Assembly: GCF_964355755.1 (NCBI RefSeq)
Contig: NC_092679.1
Span: 1,952,201 to 2,016,200, forward strand
From: Antedon mediterranea
Lineage: Eukaryota; Animalia; Echinodermata
Direction: 5' to 3'
DNA length: 64,000 bases
This document shows, one piece after another, positions 13,284-27,426 of this stretch. The position numbers and the translations under genes are program-made. How positions within the stretch are numbered: the stretch's first letter is position 1; the number at the start of each line of letters is the position of its first letter. A model generated the notes under the pieces. That model was not told the origin of the DNA. It ran no database searches and saw only the letters and a program-made list of their open reading frames with translations.

Positions 13284-14580
13284 AATAAAGAATATTTATG
13301 ACAAAAAATGTGTACTTATGACAAAAGATGTACAGTTTTGTAATAATTCATAAAAGGTAAAGATGCAAAAATAGACCTTTACTGCTCTCTGTTAAAAGAC
13401 GGCAAGTAAATGTCGTCGAGTAACATTAACATTTCTGCATGTGTCGTGATTTGTTAGCAGCATTCCAGTCTGCCAGATAAACGTGTCACTCTTTACAAAT
13501 GACTACATAGTCTGCACAACAAACCTCGCAATTGATGAGTTGATCTGATGGCCTGTCTCGTAAAAGACGGAGAAAAGCAAAAGAGAGGTTTTAACAGGGA
13601 TTTGTATATTGTTGACATTATAGGTTTAGGTGGTATTTTAAAGGGTTTTGACTTCTTTAGTAAGCTTTGTTTCGAGAGGAAGTATTAATGTTGGTTATTG
13701 TAAAATGACTAGATTTATGAAGAATACTAATTTATGTCTTAATTAAATGTCCCGCAAAGGGTCAGTTGAGGTCAGCCTGAGAAATAATAAGACTGTAAAC
13801 TTATCTGAATTAAATCCTCATCAATTTAAGTATAGAACAGGAGATCTGAATTGAAACATCTTTTACATAAAATTAAAAATTTAGAAGGTCTGGAACGACT
13901 GCGCCCTTATTGGATCTGCTTATGAAGTTTATATGCAAACATTTTTAAAAGAGTCATTTTCGATCTGGGTGTGATTGGTTTAAAATAAGCTGATAATTAA
14001 TTACTCAGTATTTTAATTCTAGTCTCTGAAAATCACATGATCCAATGGAATTGGAATCAATAATAATGTTCAATTAATTAAATAATTCTCAACAACATAA
14101 ATAGTTTTTTTTGTAATTTTAAACTTTTTTTATCGTAATTAATTGTAAATCTGCTAAGAAATTAACTGTGTTTGATTATGAATGTAAAATACAGTACTTT
14201 TCTTATTACGCGATGTAAGTATACCCTTTTAGTTGCCTTGACGATGTATTACCTGGATGAGTCGTCTGCTCAATTTTATAGGGGGCAGTATTTGTTTTTG
14301 TGCATTTCATGGCAATTAAATTGGACAAAGCTTTTAACATTTAAGACGTAAAATGATATAGTCACCATTTACGATAAAGCGGTATTTAATTAATAGTTTG
14401 TAACGATCCAAGTGCAGGCAATTAGTATTAAAATGGTTTAAGTGTTACGGCAAGTGTGTAATTATTAAAAATAAATTTCAAAATACTGATTCTTTGAAGT
14501 TTAAATGCATTTATTTTTTAACCAGGTACAATACTGTATGTGCTGGTAGTTGATGTTGTTGATTTTCCCTATTCTTAGTT

Positions 14581-14684
14581 GTTCCCAAATATGGAAATGA
14601 TATTCCCAAATATGGTAGTGATATGACATCATCATGTCTATATATGGGCACATCACATTAAGTTTGATAGTGTGGACAGAGCTT
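14581..14684. mobile_element. MITE family M1, left-truncated copy
   Basis: Internal cccaaatatggtagtgatatgacatcatcatgt and right TIR tttgatagtgtggacagagctt. Confidence 0.8.
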
Positions 14685-16002
14685 TAGCAGTGTGATATCA
14701 TATAGGGCCAGATACTGAACTTCAAAGTCTGGCCAGGAACTTGTGGTTTATTTGATGATGTCTGTTAAGCAACTTCTACAGTATGTATCCCTTGAGTTTA
14801 TTTAATGTAGTGGTAAACCATTTATTTTGCAATACCTGGAGTCTACTAACTAGATTTTATGTTTATATGTTTTGCACAGGCATGTATCATACAGTTATTT
14901 ATAACCTTTGTAACATTTTTGGAGTTGGGCATAACCTGTGTCATACAGGTGAATTGTAACCTGTTAAAAATATTTGGAGTGCGGGCATACCAAGAACCAA
15001 AGTGTAGTGTGTCAATCGGTAACCACATGCTGGTAGATCATTGACAATTATTCCATATTTGTGAATGCACTTGTACAATGAAACGTTGCAACAAAAAAAG
15101 TTTAAAAGCAATTTATCCGTAGTTTCCAGTTTATTTCTAAAGATAAATACACATTGTTTACATGGCATTGGTATTTATAATACACTAATTTAAAGAAAAC
15201 CTGTACAACAATTCGTTCCATTATGTACATTGAAATCTGCAAATCCTACAAAATGAACCTTTAAAAGCACACCTTGTTTAATTCTCTGTAGATGCATTGT
15301 ATTTTTGTGATGATTTCTGGTCATGGCATTGAGATTGTAATTTAGATGTATTTATAGTTAAATTACATTATTTCCTTGTATAGTGGTGGGATTAGTATAA
15401 CACACAGTACCAACATTGGATGTGACCCTGAACAGAAACTGTACCACTTTAAAAGAAAGCAAAAGCTTGTTAAAGTGATCTTCTCATATGGATGGAATCA
15501 GTGGCGTATACACATAGGGAGGGAAAAGGTTTAGCACTCCTGACGCTGGGTAGTTGCATTGAGCTGCTCATGCTCCGGGCTCTTTAAGCGCTGGAGCCCC
15601 CAAGTTTGGCTAGTGAGTGCTCATCTCTATGTAATTCATTATGCAAACTGAGTCTCTTTTTTTATTGACTGACCCACAACAGTTCTTGGGCATAACCCTA
15701 CTCCCCAAATGCATTCTGATTCAATGTTAAAAGGTTTTGAGCTTCTGCTATTATCTATTGGCAACAGACTGGTTGAATACAGTATGCTTTGAGATCTTGT
15801 TGTTCCGTCTCCCTTTTCTGTAATTAAATTTCATGGCCTACATTCTCGTGTCTTGTACTATATACATATTAATGTGCCATTTAGTTTAAAGTGCGCAAGC
15901 TGATTACGTACAACAATAAATCATCTGAAACGATTACGAAAAATCAATATTTCTAATTAAATGGCTATACTAATTAAGTGACTTTCAAATATCTGCTATA
16001 CA

Positions 16003-18376
16003 TGAAGATACTAGAGTTAAATCCATAAGGACTGAATGCACATACTAGAATTTATCCATGAGGACTGACTGAACATGCTGGAATTAATCCATAAGGACTG
16101 AATGAACATACTGAAATTAATCCATAAGGACTGAATGAACATGCTGGAATTAATCCATGAGGACTGAATGAACATACTGGAATTAATCCATGAGGACTGA
16201 CTGAACATACTAGAATTAATCCATGAGGACTGAATGAACATACTGGAATTAATCCATGAGGACTGACTGAACATACTGGAATTAATCCATAAGGACTGAC
16301 TGAACATACTGGAATTGATCCATAAGGACTGACTGAACATACTGGAATTTATCCATAAGGACTGACTGAACATACTGGAATTAATCCATGAGGACTGACT
16401 GAACATACTGGAATTAATCCATGAGGACTGACTGAACATACTGGAATTAATCCATAAGGACTGACTGAACATACTGGAATTAATCCATGAGGACTGACTG
16501 AACATACTGGAATTAATCCATGAGGACTGACTGAACATACTGGAATTAATCCATAAGGACTGACTGAACATACTAGAATTAATCCATGAGGACTGACTGA
16601 ACATACTAGAATTAATCCATGAGGACTGACTGAACATACTGGAATTAATCCATGAGGACTGACTGAACATGCTGGAATTAATCCATAAGGACTGACTGAA
16701 CATGCTGGAATTAATCCATGAGGACTGACTGAACATACTAGAATTAATCCATGAGGACTGACTGAACATGCTGGAATTAATCCATGAGGACTGAATGAAC
16801 ATGCTGGAATTAATCCATAAGGACTGAATGAACATACTGGAATTAATCCATGAGGACTGACTGAACATACTGGAATTAATCCATGAGGACTGACTGAACA
16901 TACTGGAATTAATCCATGAGGACTGACTGAACATGCTGGAATTAATCCATAAGGACTGACTGAACATGCTGGAATTAATCCATGAGGACTGACTGAACAT
17001 ACTAGAATTAATCCATGAGGACTGACTGAACATGCTGGAATTAATCCATGAGGACTGAATGAACATGCTGGAATTAATCCATAAGGACTGAATGAACATA
17101 CTGGAATTAATCCATGAGGACTGACTGAACATGCTGGAATTAATCCATGAGGACTGACTGAACATACTAGAATTAATCCATGAGGACTGACTGAACATGC
17201 TGGAATTAATCCATGAGGACTGACTGAACATACTGGAATTAATCCATGAGGACTGACTGAACATGCTGGAATTAATCCATAAGGACTGACTGAACATGCT
17301 GGAATTAATCCATGAGGACTGACTGAACATGCTGGAATTAATCCATAAGGACTGACTGAACATGCTGGAATTAATCCATGAGGACTGACTGAACATACTG
17401 GAATTAATCCATAAGGACTGACTGAACATACTGGAATTAATCCATAAGGACTGACTGAACATACTGGAATTAATCCATAAGGACTGACTGAACATACTGG
17501 AATTAATCCATGAGGACTGACTGAACATGCTGGAATTAATCCATGAGGACTGACTGAACATACTGGAATTAATCCATAAGGACTGACTGAACATACTGGA
17601 ATTAATCCATAAGGACTGACTGAACATACTGGAATTAATCCATAAGGACTGAATGAACATGCTGGAATTAATCCATGAGGACTGACTGAACATGCTGGAA
17701 TTAATCCATGAGGACTGAATGAACATACTGGAATTAATCCATGAGGACTGACTGAACATACTGGAATTAATCCATGAGGACTGACTGAACATACTGGAAT
17801 TAATCCATGAGGACTGACTGAACATACTGGAATTAATCCATGAGGACTGACTGAACATACTGGAATTAATCCATGAGGACTGACTGAACATGCTGGAATT
17901 AATCCATAAGGACTGACTGAACATGCTGGAATTAATCCATGAGGACTGACTGAACATGCTGGAATTAATCCATAAGGACTGACTGAACATACTGGAATTA
18001 ATCCATGAGGACTGAATGAACATACTGGAATTAATCCATGAGGACTGAATGAACATGCTGGAATTAATCCATAAGGACTGACTGAACATGCTGGAATTAA
18101 TCCATGAGGACTGAATGAACATACTGGAATTAATCCATAAGGACTGACTGAACATACTGGAATTAATCCATGAGGACTGACTGAACATGCTGGAATTAAT
18201 CCATAAGGACTGACTGAACATGCTGGAATTAATCCATGAGGACTGACTGAACATGCTGGAATTAATCCATAAGGACTGAATGAACATACTAGAATTAATC
18301 CATGAGGACTGACTGAACATACTAGAATTAATCCATGAGGACTGACTGAACATGCTGGAATTAATCCATGAGGACT
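16003..18376. repeat. 33-bp minisatellite, about 72 units
   Basis: Consensus ct(g/a)gaattaatccat(g/a)aggactga(c/a)tgaacat(a/g); highly homogeneous, with degenerate units at both edges. Accounts for the 778-aa MFSQSSWINSS ORF on the - strand. Confidence 0.98.
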
Positions 18377-19754
18377 AAAGGGAAATGTTATGAGAACTGG
18401 ATATTAACATACTGGAAGAAATTAGTCCACTAGATAAACAAGTATTTTCGTCTTTTAAATTTGCTTAATAAAAAAAGATTTTTTTTCTGAAGTAAGTTTT
18501 GTATTAGTTTTTTTCACTTGTGTAAAAATAATTAAAATGCAGGTCGAAAGTCAGTGAACTAAATTAAAACCTACTGATGGTTGAAATGGAGTTAATTTAA
18601 ATAGGTTAGTACTGTATTTCTTCCATTGAGTGTAACATTTCCCTTTAAGTGGGATATCAAAACAGGATAAAACAAACAATTTGTGGAAATAGGATTTAAC
18701 TTCTTTCACCTATTGATGTTTATTCTATAACAATTCTTTATTTAAACAGTTGGAAGTGGACTACATAGTTATATTGTTGTTTGTTTATGCCATAGATACC
18801 GTTACCTTCTTTTGCAAACATGTACTGTACAATAAAACATCCCTATGATTGTAATGGACTAGTCTATTTGTTGAGGCTACAGTCACAATTGGTATGATTA
18901 CATACTTAATGCTTCAGTAGCAATGGTCTTCCTGGCCTTTTAACATTGTTACAACCAGATATAGGTGCTTTACCTCATTTTTTTTAAACGCATACTTCTT
19001 GGATAAAATTTAGGATTTATTTTGTTGAAGAAATAAACAAACATGGTAAGTACCTTTTATAATAATATTGTATTAAGAACTATAGTTATCAATAAACGGT
19101 TGTTAAAAATACTGAATTATAATATGTGATATTTTTAAGTAGTTTTGGAATGTTTGTTAATTGTCTTAAAGTAAGAAATGTTTTTCAGTTTAAGATTGTT
19201 CGTTAAGAGAAGACTTCAAAGATAACTAGCAACCAGTTTTCGGTTCACATTCTCTGTCCATCACTGCACAGTAGTGTTATTATAAAACATTTGAGTATTT
19301 TCTCTTTCATCACTTCACAAAACCCACAAAATGCCTGTCAAATAAATTATTACAAATTGCAGTTTAGTTATTTTGTCTTTTAAATACTCTTTGAACTTTT
19401 GTATATCCTGACACTGAATGTGCTGCTGTTGGACTGTTTGTTGTCTAGACTAGCATGATGTATTACTGTTTGGTTAGTAAATAATGGTGCAAGAATGAGC
19501 ACTTTACATACTACTCCAGGAAATTGTGTAAAATGTTTGTCAAAAACCATCTTATATTTAACCAACTTAAGTGTACACTAGATTAGATGTTTCTCTACTA
19601 GTACTAATGTTCCTTGAATTAAAAACTTGGGGTCCATTTTGTTACAACCCATGAACACACACCATAAAGTTAGATTGTTGAAGAATAAATACAGATTCCA
19701 GTATAGTGCTCTAGATAGATGTAGGGGAAAGTTGAAACTTAATAAACATATTTG

Positions 19755-19873
19755 AAGCTCCGTTTACACTATCAAACTATGACAAAAAATGTTTGATGTG
19801 CCCAAATATGGTAGTGATATGCCCAAATGTGGTAGTGAACTGATGTCATCTTGTCCATGGGCACATCACATTT
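19755..19873. mobile_element. MITE family M1, right-truncated degenerate copy
   Basis: aagctccgtttacactatcaaact...cccaaatatggtagtgatatgcccaaatgtggtagtga...gggcacatcacattt; no right TIR. Confidence 0.75.
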
Positions 19874-21728
19874 GAAAAATCATGACACGACACAAACTTT
19901 CACTAAAGAAGTCATACTGTAAGATGCTAGTAACCATCAAAGTTGTCATCACATCAGCCAAACCTCTGGTGTACAACAGCTGCCTTGATTTCCTATGCAG
20001 AGATGTTTTCTTTTGATTACGGGTATATAGACTTTTAAAAAAGTTAAGCAATCACCCTTCCTCATGAATAAAAATCCAATCCAATATCATAGATGATACA
20101 AAGTTTGTTGTTACTAGTTGCATCTTTCTTTACATTAAAAATTTAAAACAATTTTTAAAAATTCACAGACCTTAACGCCACCTCTAAATAAATGTAAATG
20201 TTAACAACATATAAACAATATGTTTTGTTTCATATTGAAATACAATTTACACTATTAAAGTTTAGTACAATAGATAGATAACATGCAGTAGTATAAAAAC
20301 TTTTGTAATACTAATAAAAGCCATATTTAATATTAATAATGATTTATTTAATAGATGGCAACCTTATGGCTATCTAAATATTTGTGGGATCATAATTTTC
20401 TTTAACAATAACAGCCTGTATTTAAAAAATGATAAATACTAATCGTATGTGCTAGCTATGATATTATATTATTCCTGGATATATATAAAGATTCGTGTGT
20501 AGTAATAAATCTATCTACACAAAAGGACTGACTACATTACAATATTACTATATTAACCCATACATTTATTTGTGAACTAATATCTTGCCTATGATTAACC
20601 CTACACATATTTTAACATACAAATTATTCACTACCAAAGTAAACATTGACATTAATTACATAACATTTAATTATTAGTTACTCTCCAAGCAAGTCAAGTA
20701 CCTTGTACATTGTAATAGAAAATAATATTATAATACCGTATGATGTATAGGCCTTGATTTGTTGGGAGTTCAGTGAATTGTAATGAATTTTAAGGATGAT
20801 TTGCAGTTAGCCCATGGAGAAATAAGCTGTCCTCAAGAGGATTGTTAGCCCTACAGGCAAAGGAAGTGTAGGCACTTTAATTTGCTAGCCCTAGGGGCAA
20901 AGTGCATAGGAAGTTGTAGATTTTATTGCCTATATACAACTGACATATTCATTAACACCTATTCTTGTTTAAATACTTTTTTAAGTTTAATGGTTATAGT
21001 ATTTACAAAGTGACAATAACAGGATATCCTGAAATAGCACTCTTTTTATAGGTCTGGTGTTCTTTAAAGTACTATACTGTAGGCCTACTTGTTTTTATAT
21101 TAACTACTGTATTGTGATTGTACTATCAATACATTATAGTAAACTTATCATTCATTATCTATTTTATAGTAAGGTTGTGCACTATTCTGGTCATAAGATT
21201 CTTAAGTAAAAAAAAGAAAGAATAATATTGAACTTGGTCTCTTGGATTTGAAGGCAGATCCACCTAAAATTAGGCAAAAGATGGGACATCAGATTAAATT
21301 CAGCACCTCATTTTAGTTGTCTTCCCCTCCCCCCTGCTATTTCTCCTCTATTTCAAAATCCTGGATCTGGCGCTTACAGGACTAAAATTCATTTTGTTGT
21401 TATTACAAGTACGTAAAAACTATTCTTTCTTAAAGTTAAATTGTAGTATTAATCTGTATAATGGGGACTTTCTATTAGTTATCTAAATGTGATCTTAATT
21501 GTAATAATAATTCCATTTTTACTCTGAATATTACTAGTTTTTTGTGGTGAACTTTCTGTAGTTCATGTAAAGGTTGTTGGCACAATTCTAAAAGCTTCGT
21601 TCCACTCGAGTTAATAACATTTACAATAATTACTTTAATTAATCATTAGTATCTACATATAATTATATCAAAGTTGTAATTTATTGGAAAGTTTGAGTAA
21701 TCAACAGATAATATATTTGTATGTACTG

Positions 21729-21908
21729 TATCTGACCGAGTATAATCCCATGGGCCTATAGGTACAAAATTGAGCAAAATTTAGAAGAAGGGATTATACT
21801 GGGATTGTATCAACAGTGGATTTACCAAAGTCTTGAATGAAGTTATCCTTCATGCGAGCGCATGGGATTACACTCGTACGGTAGAGATCTATAGAGCCAC
21901 TTCTTATA
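21729..21908. mobile_element. Degenerate inverted-repeat element (unclassified MITE-like)
   Basis: cgagtataatcccatg (about 21737) and catgggattacactcg (21861) are inverted repeats matching at 15 of 16 bases. A third partial copy gggattatact lies near 21790. Confidence 0.55.
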
Positions 21909-22399
21909 TTTATTATTATCTTGTAAAGAAGCCTGAATCAAACTAGGTCAGCAGTCAGATATACAACTGTTTAAATGTCAACTTTAACCTTTACATGATA
22001 TTTTGAAAAATACACTGTTTAAAATTTTCTCACCATATGGCCAGAATAGCTGATAAAAAAAGCAATGAAAATAGGATGAGTTCATTTAATGCTAAAGTTG
22101 TAGATTTACGTTTTTGTTGAGATGGATTTTATACAAAGCGCAATATACAGTACTTTCATAAATATACTTACCACAATTTCAAGAACATCCATTCTTTGGT
22201 CCCCCCGGGGGTTTCACAGTCTGCATCTTCTGCCAAAAGTCCCTTTGGTAGTGTACACCTTTGAAATTGAGATTACTGTAGTTAGCTAGTTATGTACTGT
22301 GGCAAGCTATATTAACCTGAACACAAAAACCCCTAGGATTTATATTAATCAACCATTAAACCACTTGATCTCTTTTTAGTTTTTATTCATTGTTTTAAA

Positions 22400-22508
22400 T
22401 AAAATTCTTGTTTTGAGTAAACTTCTTGTTTTTGGTAAACTTCTTGTTTTTCGGTAAACTTCTTGTTTTTCGGTAAACTTCTTGTTTTTCGGTAAACTTC
22501 TTGTTTTT
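22400..22508. repeat. Approximately 19-bp tandem repeat (taaacttcttgtttttcgg) x5-6
   Basis: Direct reading of the sequence. Confidence 0.9.
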
Positions 22509-24346
22509 GTCAATTGGTTATAGAAACTGCTAGAAGCACTTAATGATTACCTTGTCTAGTCATTTATAGTTAAATTCTTTATGACATTTAGTAGAAAGTT
22601 ACCAAGTACCCAATTAAGTGACTATTAATACAAGCATATAAAATCCATTAGTAGTTCTTCTTCGTAATCGTAAAATGATTAAATCTTTAAATTATGTTTA
22701 TATTAAGTTTCAATTAAAGAGCTTAACCTTTTTGTTAAGTATAATGAATTTCGTCAGAGTTGTAAAACCCGAGCACCGCAAAAGCTTTATTGATAAATCC
22801 TTTGTAAGACAATTTAAAATAATAATTAGCCAAGACGAACTGTTATAAACAATTGGTATTTATTATCTATTGCTCAACAGATTTAGAAATTCTTTCCCTT
22901 TCAATCAAATAATGGAATGCCATTTCTGAGAATTTTCAAAGTATATGGACAAATTAACAATTAAATCCAAACATAAGTTAAAAGAGATCTATCTATTTGT
23001 TTCTTTACTGTAATGGTATTTAAGTCTACCTTGGATCGATGACTCACTAACTAATCCTTAGAATGCAAGAATATATGTTACACTCAACCTCGGTTTAAAA
23101 TACAATCATTCGTCTCATTGTCGGTAATAAAAAAAAACGTGGATAACAATCGTCTTGAATAAATGCCTCAATTGTAAATGTCTTTAATTCTATTCTTTTA
23201 TTATCTACCTTTTTATTTAAATTGTTTGTTTCTTGTTCAAGGATCCCACTTACCTGTTTTAATACCTGTTTAATTACATCAGCCCAACTGTACAGAATGT
23301 CAGAGTATTTAGCAAACGTCACCTGTTAAATAATTAAGAGGTGTTGTGACCTTCAGATCACAATAATCACACAATGTTCTTATTTCTGTGTGTAAATTAC
23401 ATAAAATACATTTATTTGTCATTAAACATTTTTTAAATATCGAAAGATACAATAGTGGGCAGGAATTTTAACTCTCAAAATTTATTTAAATAATAGGAAA
23501 ATAGCGCTTAAAAAAGAAAATTGTTTCAACTCCATCATGGGGTTTTTATCAATTCCAATGAAGAAATTATAAAAATTACTAATTATGTTACTCAAATCAA
23601 GGGCCAGAATTATATTTATATTTAAATCAATTTCATCTTATACTGAACAGGTAATGATATTGAAATTTATAACTATGATTTTTATCCAAGATAGGGCATA
23701 CTTCCATTTCAAACAAATTGATATTTATATGACTAGCAAACAAGCCACATAAATTACCTAGTTCAAACTTGCATTTGTGGTTGGCGCTAGATTAAATACA
23801 CGTACACCAGATTGTCACATTGTTCGGTGGGTTATAAAGCAGGCCTTGTTTGATGAAGGGTGAGAGTCTGTTGTTTTGTGGTTTTATTGTTGTTGTTATT
23901 TAATTCTGGAATACAGAAAGGATGTGTACAGATGATAAAAAGTTGAATTACATCATCTGTGCCATCATAACAAGTCTTTGTAGTAATCAGTATGTGTACT
24001 GTACATTATTACTCACCATAGTCATTTATAGTGTGACAATCTGTGTTATACTATGTGTTTACATATTTACTATTATATTTATGTCAACTTCATCACTGCT
24101 TACTTGATGCAATAAAGGAAATAAATAAATAAATAAGTAAATCTCTGTGACTTTAAAATGTCCCTTTATTGATGAAGTATTTGAAAAATAATTGTACAAT
24201 TACAAGAACCTACAGTAGGTGTTTAGTAAGATTCAATTGTATGTATGCTCCTGCAGTGTAATACTAATAGAATAAGATTGTGAAACCAATGAACTTAAGG
24301 GCCTGTTCAGACCTACGGAGTTATGCTTTCATATTGTACGCCTTAA

Positions 24347-24972
24347 AGCCCCATTCCCTACGTTTTTTTGATCTAATTTAAGATCACAAACTATATTTAA
24401 TGTAAAAATAATACTATATGGTCCTATTGCGATAACTTTTTTCGTCTTTAAACGGTTAAAAATGTGAAAAATAAATCGATTCTAATAATTATAGCGGCCC
24501 GCTATAAATCCCAAAATGCATTGCGCGCGGATTGATATTTTTGTTTTTCACCTGTAATTCGCCAACTTTTCGATCGATCGTGAAGCCAAAACAAATGGAA
24601 GACTCCTAACTTTTCAGCGAAAATACCGGGGTTTCCCCAATTTGTATCAACGGAGTCTGGCAAAAATAGAAAGACAATAAATGCAGCAACTATACAACGT
24701 CAGGCTAGGTATATAGCTAGCGTACGATGTTCGTACGTTATCGATGTTTACCAGCTAGGCCTACAAAACTAAGCCTAGCTAGGCTAGGCCTAAGACCGTC
24801 CACGAGAGGTCGATCGCCGCGAGCTACTTAGGTAGTGCATTGTTTTTCACTTTTTATCATAATTTACCATAAAACGTACATTTAAGACAAGGAATGACAT
24901 GGTTTAATGTTTTTAAAGTGATATATATGTATTATTTTCCAAAAAACGTCCAAAATTGCAGGGAAGGGGTCT
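24347..24972. mobile_element. Kolobok-like non-autonomous DNA transposon, long copy (626 bp)
   Basis: TTAA|AG...CT|TTAA flanks; imperfect TIR agccccattccctac / gcagggaaggggtct; near-identical to 33773-34203 apart from an internal segment. Confidence 0.85.
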
Positions 24973-25374
24973 TTAATAATGCCCTTAACTTAATCTTCAA
25001 AATTAGGCCTTTCTGTCTCGTGTCAAATCTTGGCCAAATGAAACTGCACAAAGAAGCTCTTTTTAGTATTTTGGAAAAATCCCGCATTCAAATGTAAACG
25101 AACCTTATATTTGAACAATTTCAAAGTATCAAAAGTATGGTACAAAGATTGCAGAAACAACAAACTGATAGCATCAGTTGCTATATGTTTATTCAGCAGA
25201 TAATAATGTTGAGATGAATTTACAGACTTGTCAAATAGAATGACAATAACGTCATTAACTTGATTAGAATTAAAACGTTTTACATAATAAGTTTACAGAA
25301 GAAAAAGGCTGTATTGCTGACTGGGGGCTTGGACTTCAAACATGAAAGTTAGGTAGTGGGCTTGTTGCTTGAAA

Positions 25375-25481
25375 CCAAGTCAGGTTGGGAGCTTGAGTCA
25401 AGTTGGGGGATTGAGTCAGGTAGAGGGCGTAAGTCAAGTTGGAGGTAGCAGACTTAAGTCAGGTAGCAGACTTAAGTCAGA
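25375..25481. repeat. Degenerate 18-bp tandem repeat (aagtcaggt...)
   Basis: Repeating a/gagtca(g/a)gt motif, ending in aggtagcagacttaagtc x2. Confidence 0.65.
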
Positions 25482-25845
25482 TTGTGTTGCAATGGTCAAT
25501 GTGAACCTACCTCAACATTTAAAGTTTACCAAAATATTTAAAGCAAATGAATATATAATGAATTCAGCCTTAATGTTGTGGTTAACCATCAGTTTTTCTG
25601 CTTCTTTGTTTTTCAAGGCATTTGTTTAGAAACTAAACAATAAGGTATTTGTTACTTAGACCAACTGTGTTTGAACTTATTGTTTTCAATTAGTGTCTAT
25701 TTAATGCAGTCTCACACTCGCATACACTAAAACACTACGTTGTCTTAGTTACAATACATCTTTTTTTAAACAGGGTTTTTTTTTAACAATGAAGAGTACA
25801 AATGAAGAGACCATTGCCTGTCCCCTTAGCAGTCTATTGACACTA

Positions 25846-26002
25846 AAGCTCTGTCTAACTATCAAACTTTATGTGACAAAAAAATTGTGAATAATAATAT
25901 GGACATGATGATGTCATATTACCATATTTTAAACATATCACTACCGTATTTGGCCACATCAAACTTTTTTGTTAAAATAGTTTGATAGTGTAGACAGATC
26001 TT
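25846..26002. mobile_element. MITE family M1, full copy
   Basis: taa|agctctgtcta-actatcaaa ... tttgatagtgtagacagatct|taa, with TAA TSD. Confidence 0.85.
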
Positions 26003-27176
26003 AAGGTATTTTAATGTATCAACTTAATATGTAAAATTAATTTGATGTCATCCAATTATTAATGTAGACAAAAATCTACTCAAAAGTAATAACACAAAAA
26101 CACTGGAGTGAAAGTTTATCCAAGTTCCACCAATAACCTATGTACCCTGTATGTACCCATCAAAAGGTACCGGTACATTTAATATTTATTGTTGCTCTAT
26201 AGATAGAAAAAAAAAACCTCACATGAAAGGATTCCTAAATCATTCTTTAAACAAGAATGTTGTAATAATGTTTGCAGAATGTATTAATAGTTTACCATAC
26301 TGAACATTCTCAATCGACTACCACCAGACAAGGTTTAGATAAGTTACACCATTCTGAAAATGTTTATTTAACTCTAAATAACATTTATTGTCCGGATCTT
26401 ACTGATCTTTAACGCCTTATATAGTGCTCAAAATCAGCAGATTGTCAACACAATAAACACTAGTAACAAAGACTGTAAAAATAGATATTAATATCATTGT
26501 TATTAGGGCCACTAATTGATCACTTTGTAACAAATTTGTAAATATTTTAACGAGCTTCAGCGCACGTCAGCAACTTGGACTTTGCTTTAGTATGCCAAGT
26601 TTACTCAAAATACTAATTTGATAATGGATACTGTAATCTGTTAAATTATGTACTGATAGATAGATAACAAGTTCTGAGACATTGTAATCGGCTACAAGGG
26701 AAATATCGTTGTTATCAAAATATAGAATGATTCATTTACTTATATAAATATTATATTTGAACCAATATTCTTCAATAGTTAATAATTTAAAATAAGTCTG
26801 CTGCCCTCTATCTAGTGAGATTATTCAATGCTGTTTGAACTTTCAAATCCACTATTATAATTATTGTAACAATACATTGTTGATTTTGGAGATCAAAAAA
26901 AGCATACAGAATTGAATAAGTTGAAATAAAGTAGATTTGTAATATATTATAATTATATTAATATTATACAGTAAGTACCGGTACTTTACAATTAATTTTA
27001 TAAAGGCATATAAGAAATTGTAAACTATATACTGAAATTATTCAATTTTTAAACGCTAAAAAAGATGAAACCATGATTCGAACCATAATACAATGTCAGG
27101 GTTTTTTGTTAAGATTTACTTAAGGTATAATAGACCATTTGGTACCCATGTGTAATGATACTCTTGTTTTTGCCTT

Positions 27177-27426
27177 AAGCTCTGTCTACACTTTATATGA
27201 AAAACAAGGCCATTATACATGGCTACAGTCGCATGCTCAAATTTAGTGTTTACTGACCGACATATAGTGTGATGTAGAGTAGCGTATGCATGTGATGTGA
27301 TGTGACCATATATGGACATGATGATCTAAGACATCGATGTCATATCACTACCATTTTTGGGCATAATCACTACAATATTTGGGAACACTATTTTTGTCCA
27401 ACTAGTTTGATAGTGTAGACAGAGCT
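27177..27426. mobile_element. MITE family M1, enlarged copy with extra internal sequence
   Basis: Left aagctctgtctacact, about 85-100 bp of non-M1 sequence, the M1 body, then right TIR tttgatagtgtagacagagct. Confidence 0.8.

Noticed and set aside
621-15168. Short ORFs of 60-90 aa in the ORF track (here and elsewhere in the window)
   Set aside because: Composition typical of AT-rich noncoding DNA (rich in I, L, F, Y, N, K), with no recognisable domains or consistent splice signals; several lie within TEs.
16017-18353. 778-aa ORF as a protein-coding gene
   Set aside because: It coincides exactly with a 33-bp tandem repeat whose unit lacks a stop in that frame, and there is no unique flanking coding sequence. 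Kept only as a hypothesis in the findings.
16003-18376. CRISPR array
   Set aside because: Units are head-to-tail with no unique spacers, the context is eukaryotic, and there are no cas genes.
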